DNA of 64,000 nucleotides from a virus. The DNA is taken from IMG/VR virus record IMGVR_UViG_3300027747_002638. One strand, 5' to 3'. A model generated the notes under the pieces. The model ran no database searches. It saw nothing but the letters and a program-made list of their open reading frames with translations, and was not told the DNA's origin. The stretch's first letter is position 1; the number at the start of each line of letters is the position of its first letter. A program made the translations under genes and the position numbers. Below are positions 18,170 to 28,360 of the stretch, piece by piece.

Positions 18170-19426
18170 ATGAATAAATATAAAGTAGGATTTATTGGGT
18201 TGGGTAAATTAGGGCTACCAGTAGCAGTAGCGATAGAGTCAAAAGGCCATGATGTTATGGGGTACGACATAAATCAAGCCGTTCAAGGATATATAGAAAA
18301 TAAAAAAATACCATATGAAGAAATTTACATGGATGAAATGCTACCCAAGTCCAATGTTAAGTTTGATTCATTTGCTAATGTTATTAAGAATAGCGAAATT
18401 ATCTTTGTACCAGTACAAACTCCTCACGAAAAGCTTTACGAAGGAATTACTAGAATTCCAGAAACAAGGGTAGATTTTAATTATGAATACCTAGTAGATG
18501 CTGTTAAAAATATATCTCAAGAAGTAGATAAAAATAACGAAGAAAAAATAGTAGTAATTATTTCTACAGTATTGCCAGGAACAATTGAAAAATATGTTAA
18601 ACCAGTACTATCTTCAAAAATTAAATTATGTTACAACCCATTTTTTATCGCTATGGGTACAACCATAAGAGACTTTCTACATCCAGAGTTTATTTTGCTT
18701 GGGGTAGATGACAAGCAAGCTGCGGAAAAAGTAAAAGATCTTTATTCTACTCTTCATAACAAGAAGGTATTTGAAACTACAGTTAAAAATGCAGAACTTG
18801 TAAAAGTAGCATACAATACTTTTATTGGTATGAAGATTGTATACGCTAATACTATGATGGAAATTTGCCACAAAATTGGAGCAGACGTTGACGCAATTAT
18901 AGACGCTATATCTTTAGCAGATGAAAGATTAATTTCTCCAAAATACCTTAGAGGTGGAATGGGAGATGGAGGAGGATGTCATCCAAGAGATAACATAGCT
19001 ATGTCATGGCTTTCTAGAAAATTAAATTTAAGTCATGATTTCTTTCATGATCTAATGATAGCTAGAGAGCATCAAACCGAATGGTTAGCTGATCTTTGTC
19101 AAAATACAAATAAAAATGTTTGTATACTTGGAAAATCTTTTAAACCAGAAACGAATATTACAACTGGAAGTCCATCGGTTCTTCTTTATAATATTCTAAA
19201 AGAAAGAAATGTTAATGTAGAAATTATAGATCCATATTCAAATTCTAAAGAAGACTTTGAAAGAGTTTTCTCCTCAAAAGATGCTAACACTTTATTTTTC
19301 CTTGGAACAAGGCATGAGTTTTTTAAAGACCTTAATTATCCAAATGGATGTACAGTAATTGATCCATTTAGATATATTCCAAATAATTCAAATTTTAATT
19401 TAATAAAATTAGGTTATGCAGAATGA
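18170..19426 (+). CDS. ugd: UDP-glucose/GDP-mannose 6-dehydrogenase family
   Basis: GFIGLGKLG, VQTP, STVLPGT, AELVK, GGGCHPRD, FKPET. Confidence 0.85.
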   Translation: MNKYKVGFIGLGKLGLPVAVAIESKGHDVMGYDINQAVQGYIENKKIPYEEIYMDEMLPKSNVKFDSFANVIKNSEIIFVPVQTPHEKLYEGITRIPETRVDFNYEYLVDAVKNISQEVDKNNEEKIVVIISTVLPGTIEKYVKPVLSSKIKLCYNPFFIAMGTTIRDFLHPEFILLGVDDKQAAEKVKDLYSTLHNKKVFETTVKNAELVKVAYNTFIGMKIVYANTMMEICHKIGADVDAIIDAISLADERLISPKYLRGGMGDGGGCHPRDNIAMSWLSRKLNLSHDFFHDLMIAREHQTEWLADLCQNTNKNVCILGKSFKPETNITTGSPSVLLYNILKERNVNVEIIDPYSNSKEDFERVFSSKDANTLFFLGTRHEFFKDLNYPNGCTVIDPFRYIPNNSNFNLIKLGYAE

Positions 19427-20160
19427 ATCAAATTTCTAAGTGGATTAAAAAATACGCAGAAAAAAATAAGATAGCGAATCTAATAGTTGGTATTTCTGGC
19501 GGAGTTGATTCTGGATTAGTTTCGACTTTATGTGCCGAAACAAAATTAAATACATACGTCGTATCAATGCCAATACATCAAAGATCAGATCAATTAACTA
19601 GAGCAAGAAATCACGCAAAATGGTTACAATCTAAATATAATAATGTTACATTTATAGAGAAAGATCTTACTCAAATTTTTGATAATTTTAGTGCGATATT
19701 TGAAAATAAATATAAAAATAATCTATCATTAGCTAATAGCAGATCTAGATTTAGAATGGTAACACTTTATCAAATTGCTGGAGCTTTAGGTGGTTTAGTG
19801 GTTGGCACTGGAAACAAGGTAGAAGATTTTGGAGTTGGATTTTATACTAAATATGGAGATGGTGGAGTAGATATATCTCCAATAGCAGATTTAACTAAAT
19901 CAGAAGTAAGACAAATGTCACAAAAATTAGGAGTCTCAGAAGAAATAGTAAAAGCTAAACCTACAGATGGTCTTTGGGAAGATGATCGATCAGATGAAGA
20001 TCAAATTGGAGCTTCTTATGAAGAATTAGAATGGGCTATGGCTTACAAAGGACCCACCAGTAAATTAACAAAAAGACAAAAAGAAGTTGTTAAAATATAT
20101 AATAACTTTAATCATAAAAATAAACATAAAATGCTTCCAATTCCACTTTTCAAAAAGTAA
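19423..20160 (+). CDS. nadE: NH3-dependent NAD+ synthetase
   Basis: GISGGVDS, N.RSR.RM, GTGNKVE, FYTKYGDGGVDISPIADL, PTDGLW...DEDQIG. Confidence 0.92.
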   Translation: MNQISKWIKKYAEKNKIANLIVGISGGVDSGLVSTLCAETKLNTYVVSMPIHQRSDQLTRARNHAKWLQSKYNNVTFIEKDLTQIFDNFSAIFENKYKNNLSLANSRSRFRMVTLYQIAGALGGLVVGTGNKVEDFGVGFYTKYGDGGVDISPIADLTKSEVRQMSQKLGVSEEIVKAKPTDGLWEDDRSDEDQIGASYEELEWAMAYKGPTSKLTKRQKEVVKIYNNFNHKNKHKMLPIPLFKK

Positions 20161-20170
20161 ATATTTATAA

Positions 20171-20995
20171 ATGAAACCAGATATAAATGAAGTCCAAAAG
20201 TTTTGGAATAATCGTCCATGCAATATCCGTCACTCTAAAAAAGAAATAGGTACATTAGAGTATTTTGAAGAAGTAGAAAAAAAGAGATATAGAGTAGAAC
20301 CACACATATTGCAATTTGGAGATTTTGAAAACTCTAATGGTAAAAAAGTACTAGAGATTGGTTGCGGAATAGGAACAGATACTATAATGTTTGCGAAGAA
20401 TGGAGCAGAAGTAACAGCTATTGATTTATCAGAAAAGTCAATAGAACTTTGCAAGAAAAGATTTGAAATATATAATCTTAAATCTACCCTTGTACAAGGA
20501 GACGCAGAAAAATTATCTGAAATTATACCAATCCAGAAGTTTGATATAATTTATTCTTTTGGAGTAATTCATCATACTCCAAATCCCCAAAAAATAATAG
20601 AACAACTAAAACTTTATTGTCACGAAAATACATTAATTAAATTGATGTTTTACTCTAAAATCTCATGGAAGGGTTTATCTTTTTATTTAAAATATGGATG
20701 GAAATTTAATTTTAACTATAAAGACACAATTAAGTTTTTCGCAGAAGCACAACTAGACTCACCCATTGCAGAAGTTTATTCCTTGAAAGATTTAAAAAAT
20801 ATGTTTAAAGATTTTAACATAGTAAAAATAGAAAAAAATCATATTTTCTCTTATAAAATTAAAGATTATATAGAGGGCAAATTAAATAAAACCTTAATAT
20901 TTAAATTTATGCCAAGATCTATTTTCAATTGGTTGAAAAGTAAACTAGGATGGCACTATTTAATTACCTTAAAATATAATAAATCTCATGAATAA
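20171..20995 (+). CDS. Class I SAM-dependent methyltransferase
   Basis: VLEIGCGIGTD, AIDLS, GDAE, YSFGVIHHTP. Confidence 0.85.
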   Translation: MKPDINEVQKFWNNRPCNIRHSKKEIGTLEYFEEVEKKRYRVEPHILQFGDFENSNGKKVLEIGCGIGTDTIMFAKNGAEVTAIDLSEKSIELCKKRFEIYNLKSTLVQGDAEKLSEIIPIQKFDIIYSFGVIHHTPNPQKIIEQLKLYCHENTLIKLMFYSKISWKGLSFYLKYGWKFNFNYKDTIKFFAEAQLDSPIAEVYSLKDLKNMFKDFNIVKIEKNHIFSYKIKDYIEGKLNKTLIFKFMPRSIFNWLKSKLGWHYLITLKYNKSHE

Positions 20996-21710
20996 AATAT
21001 ATATAGATTGCGGAACCCACCTAGGAGAAGGTCTTAAAAAACATATAGCTGATCATAATATTGATGAATCCTGGAAAATATTTACTTTTGAAGCCAACAC
21101 TAATACCTATAATCTATTACAATCAATAAGAGCAAATGATAAGTTACCAGAACAATATAAATGGTTAAAATGGAATAATATCACATACGCCAATAAAGCC
21201 GTATGGATAAAGGATGATGAAATGAGCTTTTATTGTTCGGAAGTAGCGAATAGAGATCAACTCAACAATGATCAAAGTTATGTAGATTTTATAAAATTTC
21301 ATGATGAATTAGTTAAGAATGGAGAACTAGTTACTGCTCATCAAAGAAATGACTATCCTATTGATGGATCTTCTACTATAATGCCAGATCATTTCAAAAG
21401 CAATTTATCAAATATTGGAAACTCTTTACAAAAATCTTTAGTTTGGGATAATAAAATTACAGTTCCATGCTTTGACTTTTCTACTTGGTTAAAAAATAAC
21501 GTTAAACAAGAAGATTACGTTTTATGTAAAATAGACATAGAAGGCGCAGAGTTTGAAGTTTTAAAGAAATGTATTATGGATGATACATTAAAATTAATTA
21601 ATCAAATTGATATTGAATTTCATCATTTTGGCAATCCACTCTATATTCAAGATTATAATTTTATTCTTCAAGAAATTCATAAGCTCAATATAAAATTTAA
21701 TGTATGGTAA
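20988..21710 (+). CDS. FkbM-family methyltransferase
   Basis: IDCGTHLG, FEAN, KAVWI, KIDIEGAEFEVL, IEFH. Confidence 0.8.
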   Translation: MNKIYIDCGTHLGEGLKKHIADHNIDESWKIFTFEANTNTYNLLQSIRANDKLPEQYKWLKWNNITYANKAVWIKDDEMSFYCSEVANRDQLNNDQSYVDFIKFHDELVKNGELVTAHQRNDYPIDGSSTIMPDHFKSNLSNIGNSLQKSLVWDNKITVPCFDFSTWLKNNVKQEDYVLCKIDIEGAEFEVLKKCIMDDTLKLINQIDIEFHHFGNPLYIQDYNFILQEIHKLNIKFNVW

Positions 21711-21713
21711 TTT

Positions 21714-22739
21714 ATGGACTTTATAGACAAAATTATTTTACCAAAAGAAAATTACGAAACGTTTTCTATAGAAAACAATATTAATAAAGCAAAGCAAATA
21801 ATTCATGAAGTTCAAACGAAGAGTAGCCAAGATAGTGAATGTTTTTTAAGTTTTTATCCTTTAGCAAAAAATATAAGATTTATATCCTCGCACTTCTTTA
21901 AAGCAATTAAATCCTCTAGAAGGCCAATTTTATCTTCAAACGGAAGAGCAGGAGAAGATTCATTCTGGAAAATGAATACACAGGATAATTGGTTTCCATG
22001 GTTATGGACAAGATGCTATGAAAAAAATAATTCAAATCAAGAATCATGGTCTAATATATTCAAACCTATAGAAGATATAATTAATCTTACAGATGGAAAT
22101 TTTACAGAAGAAAAAATTAATGATTTCATAGTATACTTAACTTGCTTAGGGCACACATTCAGATTAGAGAATGCTTTTGAAAAATATTTAATTGAAAGAT
22201 ATGCGAATGTAATGTGGCCAGATAATATGCCTATTTGTGGATTACAAATTAGAAGAGGTGAAATAGTTCCTCAACATGGAGATATTAAACAAGCATGGAA
22301 CGGTAGACCATTATTTCATGTTAAAGATTATATGATTGGGGTAGAAAAAGTTTGTAATGCTTTAAATACAGAAAATGTATTCGTATCCACAGATTCAGTA
22401 GAAGTGATAGACTATTTAACAAATAATTATAGAAATTATAACTTCATATATAATAATTTTAATAGAAAATTATTCATATCATATACTGGCTCTGATCCAC
22501 ATTTGGAAATTGATCTACAAAAACAGCCACAACTCATTCAGCACTATACAGAATCATGTTTAATAGATTTACTATGTTTATCTAGGTGCAAAGGTTTTAT
22601 TGGTGGGATGAGTTTTTCAGAATATGGAGTATGTGGATGGTTCCTTCAAATGGTTAAACAAAAAAAGATATATCCATATTTTAATGTTGAAGGAGAGTTA
22701 GATTTCAATAACCCAAGAAATGGTATGCTGTTAGTATGA
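21714..22739 (+). CDS. Fucosyltransferase-like (GT23/NodZ/FUT8-like)
   Basis: GLQIRRGE, VFVSTDS, DLLCLSRC..FIG..SE. Confidence 0.65.
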   Translation: MDFIDKIILPKENYETFSIENNINKAKQIIHEVQTKSSQDSECFLSFYPLAKNIRFISSHFFKAIKSSRRPILSSNGRAGEDSFWKMNTQDNWFPWLWTRCYEKNNSNQESWSNIFKPIEDIINLTDGNFTEEKINDFIVYLTCLGHTFRLENAFEKYLIERYANVMWPDNMPICGLQIRRGEIVPQHGDIKQAWNGRPLFHVKDYMIGVEKVCNALNTENVFVSTDSVEVIDYLTNNYRNYNFIYNNFNRKLFISYTGSDPHLEIDLQKQPQLIQHYTESCLIDLLCLSRCKGFIGGMSFSEYGVCGWFLQMVKQKKIYPYFNVEGELDFNNPRNGMLLV

Positions 22740-23470
22740 GAACTGCATTATGTTTATATGGGCAACCAAGAAATTTTGGTACAAATTGGCATTTTATAAA
22801 TGAAAATATAGTTAAACCAAATAATGCTGATGTATTTTTTCATTGCTGGTATGATTCAGAAAATACGCATATGAATAAAATGACTCCTGGCCACGAACAT
22901 AGACATTTAGAAAAACAATTAGATAAAACCCTCGTCGACGTAATCAATCCTAAAAATTTTAAAATAGAAAAACAAAAGAACTTTTTTGCAAAAGAAATTC
23001 CAGTTACAGAAGAAAATATAGAAGCATGTTGGCCATGGTCAAGATCATATGATAAAAAACAGTTTATAAATGACAGAGTAAAAGCACATTATAGTATGTG
23101 GTATAGCATAAATCAAAGTATTCAAGCCAAAGAGATATATGCTCAAGAAAATAACTTCGAATATGATTGCGTTGTACTTTCTAGATTTGACGTTTCCCCT
23201 AAAGAACATTTGATTATTAATAATTTTGATCTCTCTAGAGTAATAACTCCTAACTTAAATCATCCAAGAGAAGAGGTTTGTGATTGGTTTCTATTTTCAA
23301 ATAATATCAATGCCAATATAATTGGTTCTATATTCTATTCTATAGATTTGCATAGGAATAAAATTATACAGTCAAATGGTATTTGGACAAATGAAGCTTA
23401 TCTTAGAGATCAATTGAAAATTTTTAGTATAGAAGTAGAAAAAAGCAGTAAATTTGAAGTAAGTTTTTAA
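22736..23470 (+). CDS. Glycan-cluster hypothetical (putative glycosyltransferase)
   Basis: ALCLYGQPR, DVFFHCW, SMWYS, YDCVVLSRFD, CDWF. Confidence 0.6.
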   Translation: MRTALCLYGQPRNFGTNWHFINENIVKPNNADVFFHCWYDSENTHMNKMTPGHEHRHLEKQLDKTLVDVINPKNFKIEKQKNFFAKEIPVTEENIEACWPWSRSYDKKQFINDRVKAHYSMWYSINQSIQAKEIYAQENNFEYDCVVLSRFDVSPKEHLIINNFDLSRVITPNLNHPREEVCDWFLFSNNINANIIGSIFYSIDLHRNKIIQSNGIWTNEAYLRDQLKIFSIEVEKSSKFEVSF

Positions 23471-23471
23471 T

Positions 23472-24353
23472 ATGAATTATGGTTTAATTTTATCTGGACA
23501 ACCAGTTTTCTATAAAGAATGCTATGAGTCATTAAGGTTTTTTCTTAATAGAACTATAGAGGATAAAATTTTTTCTCATATTTGGTGGGATAAAAATTAC
23601 GTAAATAAACCCTATAAACTTCATTTTAAAGATATTATTAAAGATGAAAATTTAGATAAATTATTCATTGAAAATTACAGAATAGATGAATTCATCTCAG
23701 AACCACACAAAAATTTTAATTTAGATTTTTGCAATAAATTCAATTATTCTACATGGCAAAATCAATCTTTAAACTATTATAGAATAATGACACCTATTGT
23801 TCTTTATGGACTTTTATCTCAAACATATTCTTTATATAAATCCTGTCTGCTCGCTAATCAATTTGCAAAGTATGATTTTATTATAAAATCTAGACCAGAT
23901 ATTGTATATACAAAACCTATTAATCCTATAATTGAAAAATTAAATTTCTCAGAAAATAAAATATACTTTCAAAGCTCAATGAATGGTGGGCATGTATATG
24001 CAGGAGAATTTCCAAATAAACCATGCGATTGGTTTTTTGTAGGAAACCCAAAAGTAGTAGAAGCTTTTTGTAGGGATTGGTATGAGTTAATACGAACAGA
24101 ATATACAAATGGGATTATACATATAAATGATTTTGTTAAAATCGTCTGCAATAAAAATAATATTGATATTGAGCTAGTAGATTTTGGAGCTTTAATTTAT
24201 AAACAAGTTTCTGATTTTTATCATAAGTATTTAATTGAACCCACATTTTATATAAATGATTTTGATTTTAATATTTCTAAACCAAAAAATCCTGATCTTT
24301 GGCCATATTGGATAGAGAATGTAGACTTTAAACACTATAATAACATAAAATGA
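23472..24353 (+). CDS. Glycan-cluster hypothetical, paralog of preceding gene
   Basis: LILSGQP, FSHIW, SQTYS, YDFIIKSRPD, CDWF. Confidence 0.6.
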   Translation: MNYGLILSGQPVFYKECYESLRFFLNRTIEDKIFSHIWWDKNYVNKPYKLHFKDIIKDENLDKLFIENYRIDEFISEPHKNFNLDFCNKFNYSTWQNQSLNYYRIMTPIVLYGLLSQTYSLYKSCLLANQFAKYDFIIKSRPDIVYTKPINPIIEKLNFSENKIYFQSSMNGGHVYAGEFPNKPCDWFFVGNPKVVEAFCRDWYELIRTEYTNGIIHINDFVKIVCNKNNIDIELVDFGALIYKQVSDFYHKYLIEPTFYINDFDFNISKPKNPDLWPYWIENVDFKHYNNIK

Positions 24354-25297
24354 AAATAGCAATAATTGGTCCAGGAATTATGCCTATCCCTCCAAAAGGT
24401 TGGGGAGCAGTTGAATCTTTAATTTGGGATTATTATACTGAACTCACAGCCAAAGGGCATGAAGTTAAAATAGTAAACTCTTCTGATCCAATAGCTATTA
24501 TAAATCAAACTAATGAATTTAACCCTGAATTTGTTCATCTTCAATACGATGATTATGCGCATTTATTAAATCATATGAACTGCAAATTTAAAGCCGCAAC
24601 AAGTCATTATGGATATATTGAACAATATAATGCTCATCCAGAATATCATAATATATTAAATAATTTTATAAATGGAGATTTCTTGATATTTTGTTTGTCA
24701 GAAGGCATAAAAAATACCTATCTAAGTTTAGGTGTTAATAAAGATAGACTTTATATTACTCCAAATGGAGCTAGACAAGATTTATTCAAATATACAAAAG
24801 AAGCATCTTTAAAAGATAAATCTATATATTTAGCAAAAATCGATTACAGAAAAAGACAATTTTTATTTCAAGATATACCTAATTTAGATTTTGCTGGCAA
24901 TTGCATTGATCATAGGTTCAATACTAACTCTTCTAATTATTTAGGAGAATGGACAAAAGAATTTTTGTATCAAAATTTAACTAATTATTCTAATTTAGTA
25001 TTATTAAGCGATGGAGAGGCTGACCCATTAGTAACAAAAGAAGCATTAATAGCTGGGCTTGGTTTAGTTATATCAGAGTGTGCAAGCGCGAATCTAGATA
25101 AATCTTTACCATTTATAGATATTATACCAAATGAAAAAATAAATGATACGACTTATATTGAAGAAGTTTTAATTAAAAATAGAAATAAATCAAATCAACA
25201 AAGAGAGAATATAAGAAGCTATGCGTTAACTAATCATAGTTGGGATATTGTTGTTGAGAATTATATAAAATTAATAGAGAGTATCGTAAAAAAATGA
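24350..25297 (+). CDS. Glycosyltransferase family 4 (GT-B)
   Basis: IPPKGWGAVE, GHEV, TPNG, EADPLVTKEAL..GL. Confidence 0.8.
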   Translation: MKIAIIGPGIMPIPPKGWGAVESLIWDYYTELTAKGHEVKIVNSSDPIAIINQTNEFNPEFVHLQYDDYAHLLNHMNCKFKAATSHYGYIEQYNAHPEYHNILNNFINGDFLIFCLSEGIKNTYLSLGVNKDRLYITPNGARQDLFKYTKEASLKDKSIYLAKIDYRKRQFLFQDIPNLDFAGNCIDHRFNTNSSNYLGEWTKEFLYQNLTNYSNLVLLSDGEADPLVTKEALIAGLGLVISECASANLDKSLPFIDIIPNEKINDTTYIEEVLIKNRNKSNQQRENIRSYALTNHSWDIVVENYIKLIESIVKK

Positions 25298-26088
25298 TAG
25301 TAACTCAATTAAAAGAAGGATTAGGAAATCAACTGTTTCAATACTTTTTTACAAAAAGCTTTGGAATCGAAGATTATAAATTTGACATATCATTCTATAA
25401 CTCTAATGCTACCAGAAGACTTGATTTGATAAATTTTCCAAAGTTCAATTTAAAATTCGTAGAAAATCCTAAAGAAATAGTTGAAGATATTCAATACATA
25501 AAAGACGAGTTTCAATTTTTAAATATCAATATTGATAAAAATAAAAATTATTACTTTGATGGTTATTGGCAAAATAAGCTTTACTTAGATAAAATATACG
25601 ACATAGTCATAGACGAAATGCAACCAGAAGAAAAATTGATTAGTTATATCAATGATAAATATCCATTTCTTAAAGAAGATTGCGTTTCAATTCATATAAG
25701 AAGAACGGATTATATGCATCTTTCCAATTATTATTATTTATTAGATGAGAATTATTACAATCAAGCCTTAAGTTTTTTTGATGAAAATATTAATATTGTA
25801 GTATTTTCAGATGATATAGAATGGTGCAAGAGCAACTTGAAATATAAGAATATGCATTTTATACAAGAATCCGCTAGAGTAGATATGATTATAATGTCTT
25901 TATGTAAATCTAATATTATAGCAAACTCAACTTTTTCATTTTGGGGAGCTTATCTCAATACTAATAAAAATAAAAAAGTTATATGTCCTCAAAAATGGTT
26001 GAAAGAAAACTATTCATTATTAATAAGTAATCAAAAAGAACCAGACTGTGCTAAGAACTTAATTAAAGACGATTGGATTAGAATATAA
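25294..26088 (+). CDS. Alpha-1,2-fucosyltransferase (GT11)
   Basis: GLGNQLFQY, GYWQ, SIHIRRTDY, FSDDIEWCK, IIANSTFSFWGAYL. Confidence 0.9.
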   Translation: MIVTQLKEGLGNQLFQYFFTKSFGIEDYKFDISFYNSNATRRLDLINFPKFNLKFVENPKEIVEDIQYIKDEFQFLNINIDKNKNYYFDGYWQNKLYLDKIYDIVIDEMQPEEKLISYINDKYPFLKEDCVSIHIRRTDYMHLSNYYYLLDENYYNQALSFFDENINIVVFSDDIEWCKSNLKYKNMHFIQESARVDMIIMSLCKSNIIANSTFSFWGAYLNTNKNKKVICPQKWLKENYSLLISNQKEPDCAKNLIKDDWIRI

Positions 26089-26115
26089 TCTAATTTGTAA
26101 TATAATAAGTATACA

Positions 26116-27255
26116 ATGAGTCAAGCAATTCAAGAAACCTATTATGGTAAAAAAATAGACACAGCAAATATCTTAAATATCGAAGATGCATCAAAACTTA
26201 TAAATAACAGGAAAACAGTAATTATAACTGGAGTTACTGGTCAAGATGGAAGCCATATGGTAGAGTTTCTACTCAAAAATACAGATTTATTAATATTTGG
26301 TGGAGTAAGAAGACTAAGCGTATACAATCACGAAAACGTAAGAAATATAAAGTCTGATAGATTTCATTTAATTAATTTTGATTTAACAGATAGCCATTCA
26401 ATCGCAAGAGTTGTAGAAAAAATACAGCCAGAATATTTTATTAATTTTGCTGCTCAAAGCTTTGTGGCAAGCAGTTGGGATTTCGCCAGACAAACTTGGC
26501 AAACAAATTCTACTGCGATCTTAGATATATTAGAAGCAATTAGACTATATAAACCATCATGTAGATTATATCAAGCAGGATCTAGTGAAGAATTTGGTGA
26601 TGTATTATATACTCCACAAGATGAGGAGCACCCATTAAGGCCAAGAAGTCCTTATGGTGCAAGTAAAGCAGCGTCTAGACAACTCGTTAAGGTCTATAGA
26701 GAATCATATAATATCTACGCAATTCAAGGATGGTTATTTAACCATGAAGGAACAAGACGAGGAGAAGAGTTTGTTACTAGAAAAATTACAAAAAATGTAG
26801 CAAGAATTTTTAACGCCATTAAAAATAAGGAAGCTTTCATTCCATTAGAGCTTGGCAATTTAGAAGCAAAAAGAGATTGGAGCGATGCAGAAGATTTTAT
26901 AGAAGGAGTTTGGATGATGTTGAATCAAGATAAATACAATCCAAATTACAATGGTATTCCAAAAGAATATGTATTTTCTTCAAACGAAACTCATACTATT
27001 AAAGAGTTTGTTGAAAAAGCATTTTCTATAGTAGGAATAAAAGGTAGATGGATAGGAGAAGGCGAACATACAATATACATATCTGAAGATAATAAAACAT
27101 TAGTACAAATTAATCCTAAATTCTATAGGCCAGCAGAAGTCGAATTGTTGCTAGGAAGTTCAAATAAAGCTAGAAAAGAATTAAATTGGAAACCAAAAGT
27201 TTCATTTGATGCTCTTGTAGAAAAAATGGTTAAGAACGATATAGAAAATGTATGA
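26116..27255 (+). CDS. gmd: GDP-mannose 4,6-dehydratase
   Basis: ITGVTGQDGS, AAQSFV, QAGSSEEFG, SPYGASK, FNHE..RRGEEFVTRKI, RDW, YRPAEV. Confidence 0.93.
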   Translation: MSQAIQETYYGKKIDTANILNIEDASKLINNRKTVIITGVTGQDGSHMVEFLLKNTDLLIFGGVRRLSVYNHENVRNIKSDRFHLINFDLTDSHSIARVVEKIQPEYFINFAAQSFVASSWDFARQTWQTNSTAILDILEAIRLYKPSCRLYQAGSSEEFGDVLYTPQDEEHPLRPRSPYGASKAASRQLVKVYRESYNIYAIQGWLFNHEGTRRGEEFVTRKITKNVARIFNAIKNKEAFIPLELGNLEAKRDWSDAEDFIEGVWMMLNQDKYNPNYNGIPKEYVFSSNETHTIKEFVEKAFSIVGIKGRWIGEGEHTIYISEDNKTLVQINPKFYRPAEVELLLGSSNKARKELNWKPKVSFDALVEKMVKNDIENV

Positions 27256-28333
27256 TTATTTAATTGTTGGTTGCGGTCTTTTTGGTGCAACATTTGCTAA
27301 TCAAGCTAAACAAAAAGGTAAAAAATGTTTAATTATAGATTCTAGAGATCATATCGGTGGAAATTGTTATACAGAAAACAAAGAAAATATAAATATCCAT
27401 AGATATGGACCTCATATTTTTCATACTAATAATGAAGAAATTTGGGGTTACATAAATAAATTTGCTAAATTTAATACTTTCACAAATAGACCAAAAGTAA
27501 ATTTTAAAAATAAAATATATTCATTTCCTATTAACCTTTTTACAATCTATCAATTATGGGGAATTAATTCTCCAACTGAAGCTCAAACTAAACTTGATCA
27601 AGTTAAGATTAAAATAGAAAATCCTAAAAACTTAGAGGAATGGATTTTATCTCAGGTTGGAGAAGAAATATATTATACCTTTATATATGGATATACGAAA
27701 AAACAATGGGGAACAGAACCCAAGAACTTACCAACTTTTATTATAAAAAGATTGCCAATTAGATTAAATTATGATGACAATTATTACTTTGATAAGTATC
27801 AAGGCATACCCATCGGTGGATATACTCAAATGATAGAAAACATGATTGAAGGAATAGATGTATTAACAAATGAAGATTACTTCAAAAGAAGAGATTACTG
27901 GGATACCAAAGCCAAAACTTTAGTTTTTACTGGTAAAATTGATGAATTTTATAACTATAAATATGGACAATTAGAATATAGATCTCTTAGGTTTGAAATT
28001 GAAAAATATAACATAAAAGATTATCAAGGGATAGCTCAAATGAACTTCACAGATGAAAACATTCCATTTACAAGAATTATAGAACATAAGCATTTTGAAT
28101 TTGGAGAACAAGAATATACTTACATAACTAAAGAATATCCAGACACTTGGAATAAAAATAAAACTCCATACTATCCAATTAATAATGATAAAAATAATGA
28201 AACTTTTAAGAGATACAAAGAACTTGATACTTCCAGAAATTTAATTTTTGGAGGTAGATTGGCCGAATATAAATATTATGATATGCATCAAATCATTGGA
28301 TCTGCAATTAATAAAGCGAAAAGTATTGACTGA
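27248..28333 (+). CDS. glf: UDP-galactopyranose mutase
   Basis: YDYLIVGCGLFG, HIGGNCY, YGPHIFHT, YTKKQWG, TRIIEHKHF, GRLAEYKYYDMHQ. Confidence 0.95.
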   Translation: MYDYLIVGCGLFGATFANQAKQKGKKCLIIDSRDHIGGNCYTENKENINIHRYGPHIFHTNNEEIWGYINKFAKFNTFTNRPKVNFKNKIYSFPINLFTIYQLWGINSPTEAQTKLDQVKIKIENPKNLEEWILSQVGEEIYYTFIYGYTKKQWGTEPKNLPTFIIKRLPIRLNYDDNYYFDKYQGIPIGGYTQMIENMIEGIDVLTNEDYFKRRDYWDTKAKTLVFTGKIDEFYNYKYGQLEYRSLRFEIEKYNIKDYQGIAQMNFTDENIPFTRIIEHKHFEFGEQEYTYITKEYPDTWNKNKTPYYPINNDKNNETFKRYKELDTSRNLIFGGRLAEYKYYDMHQIIGSAINKAKSID

Positions 28334-28354
28334 AATATATTATTTAGATATTAT
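28326..28354 (+). promoter_or_regulatory. Sigma70-type promoter
   Basis: TTGACT-N17-TATTAT, 6 nt before ATG 28361. Confidence 0.7.
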
Positions 28355-28360
28355 TACATA

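Noticed and set aside
4476-28333. Window being bacterial chromosome (PEP-CTERM gene and polysaccharide locus)
   Set aside because: Embedded among phage genes with similar AT-rich composition and shared promoter motifs; no housekeeping context or polysaccharide export genes
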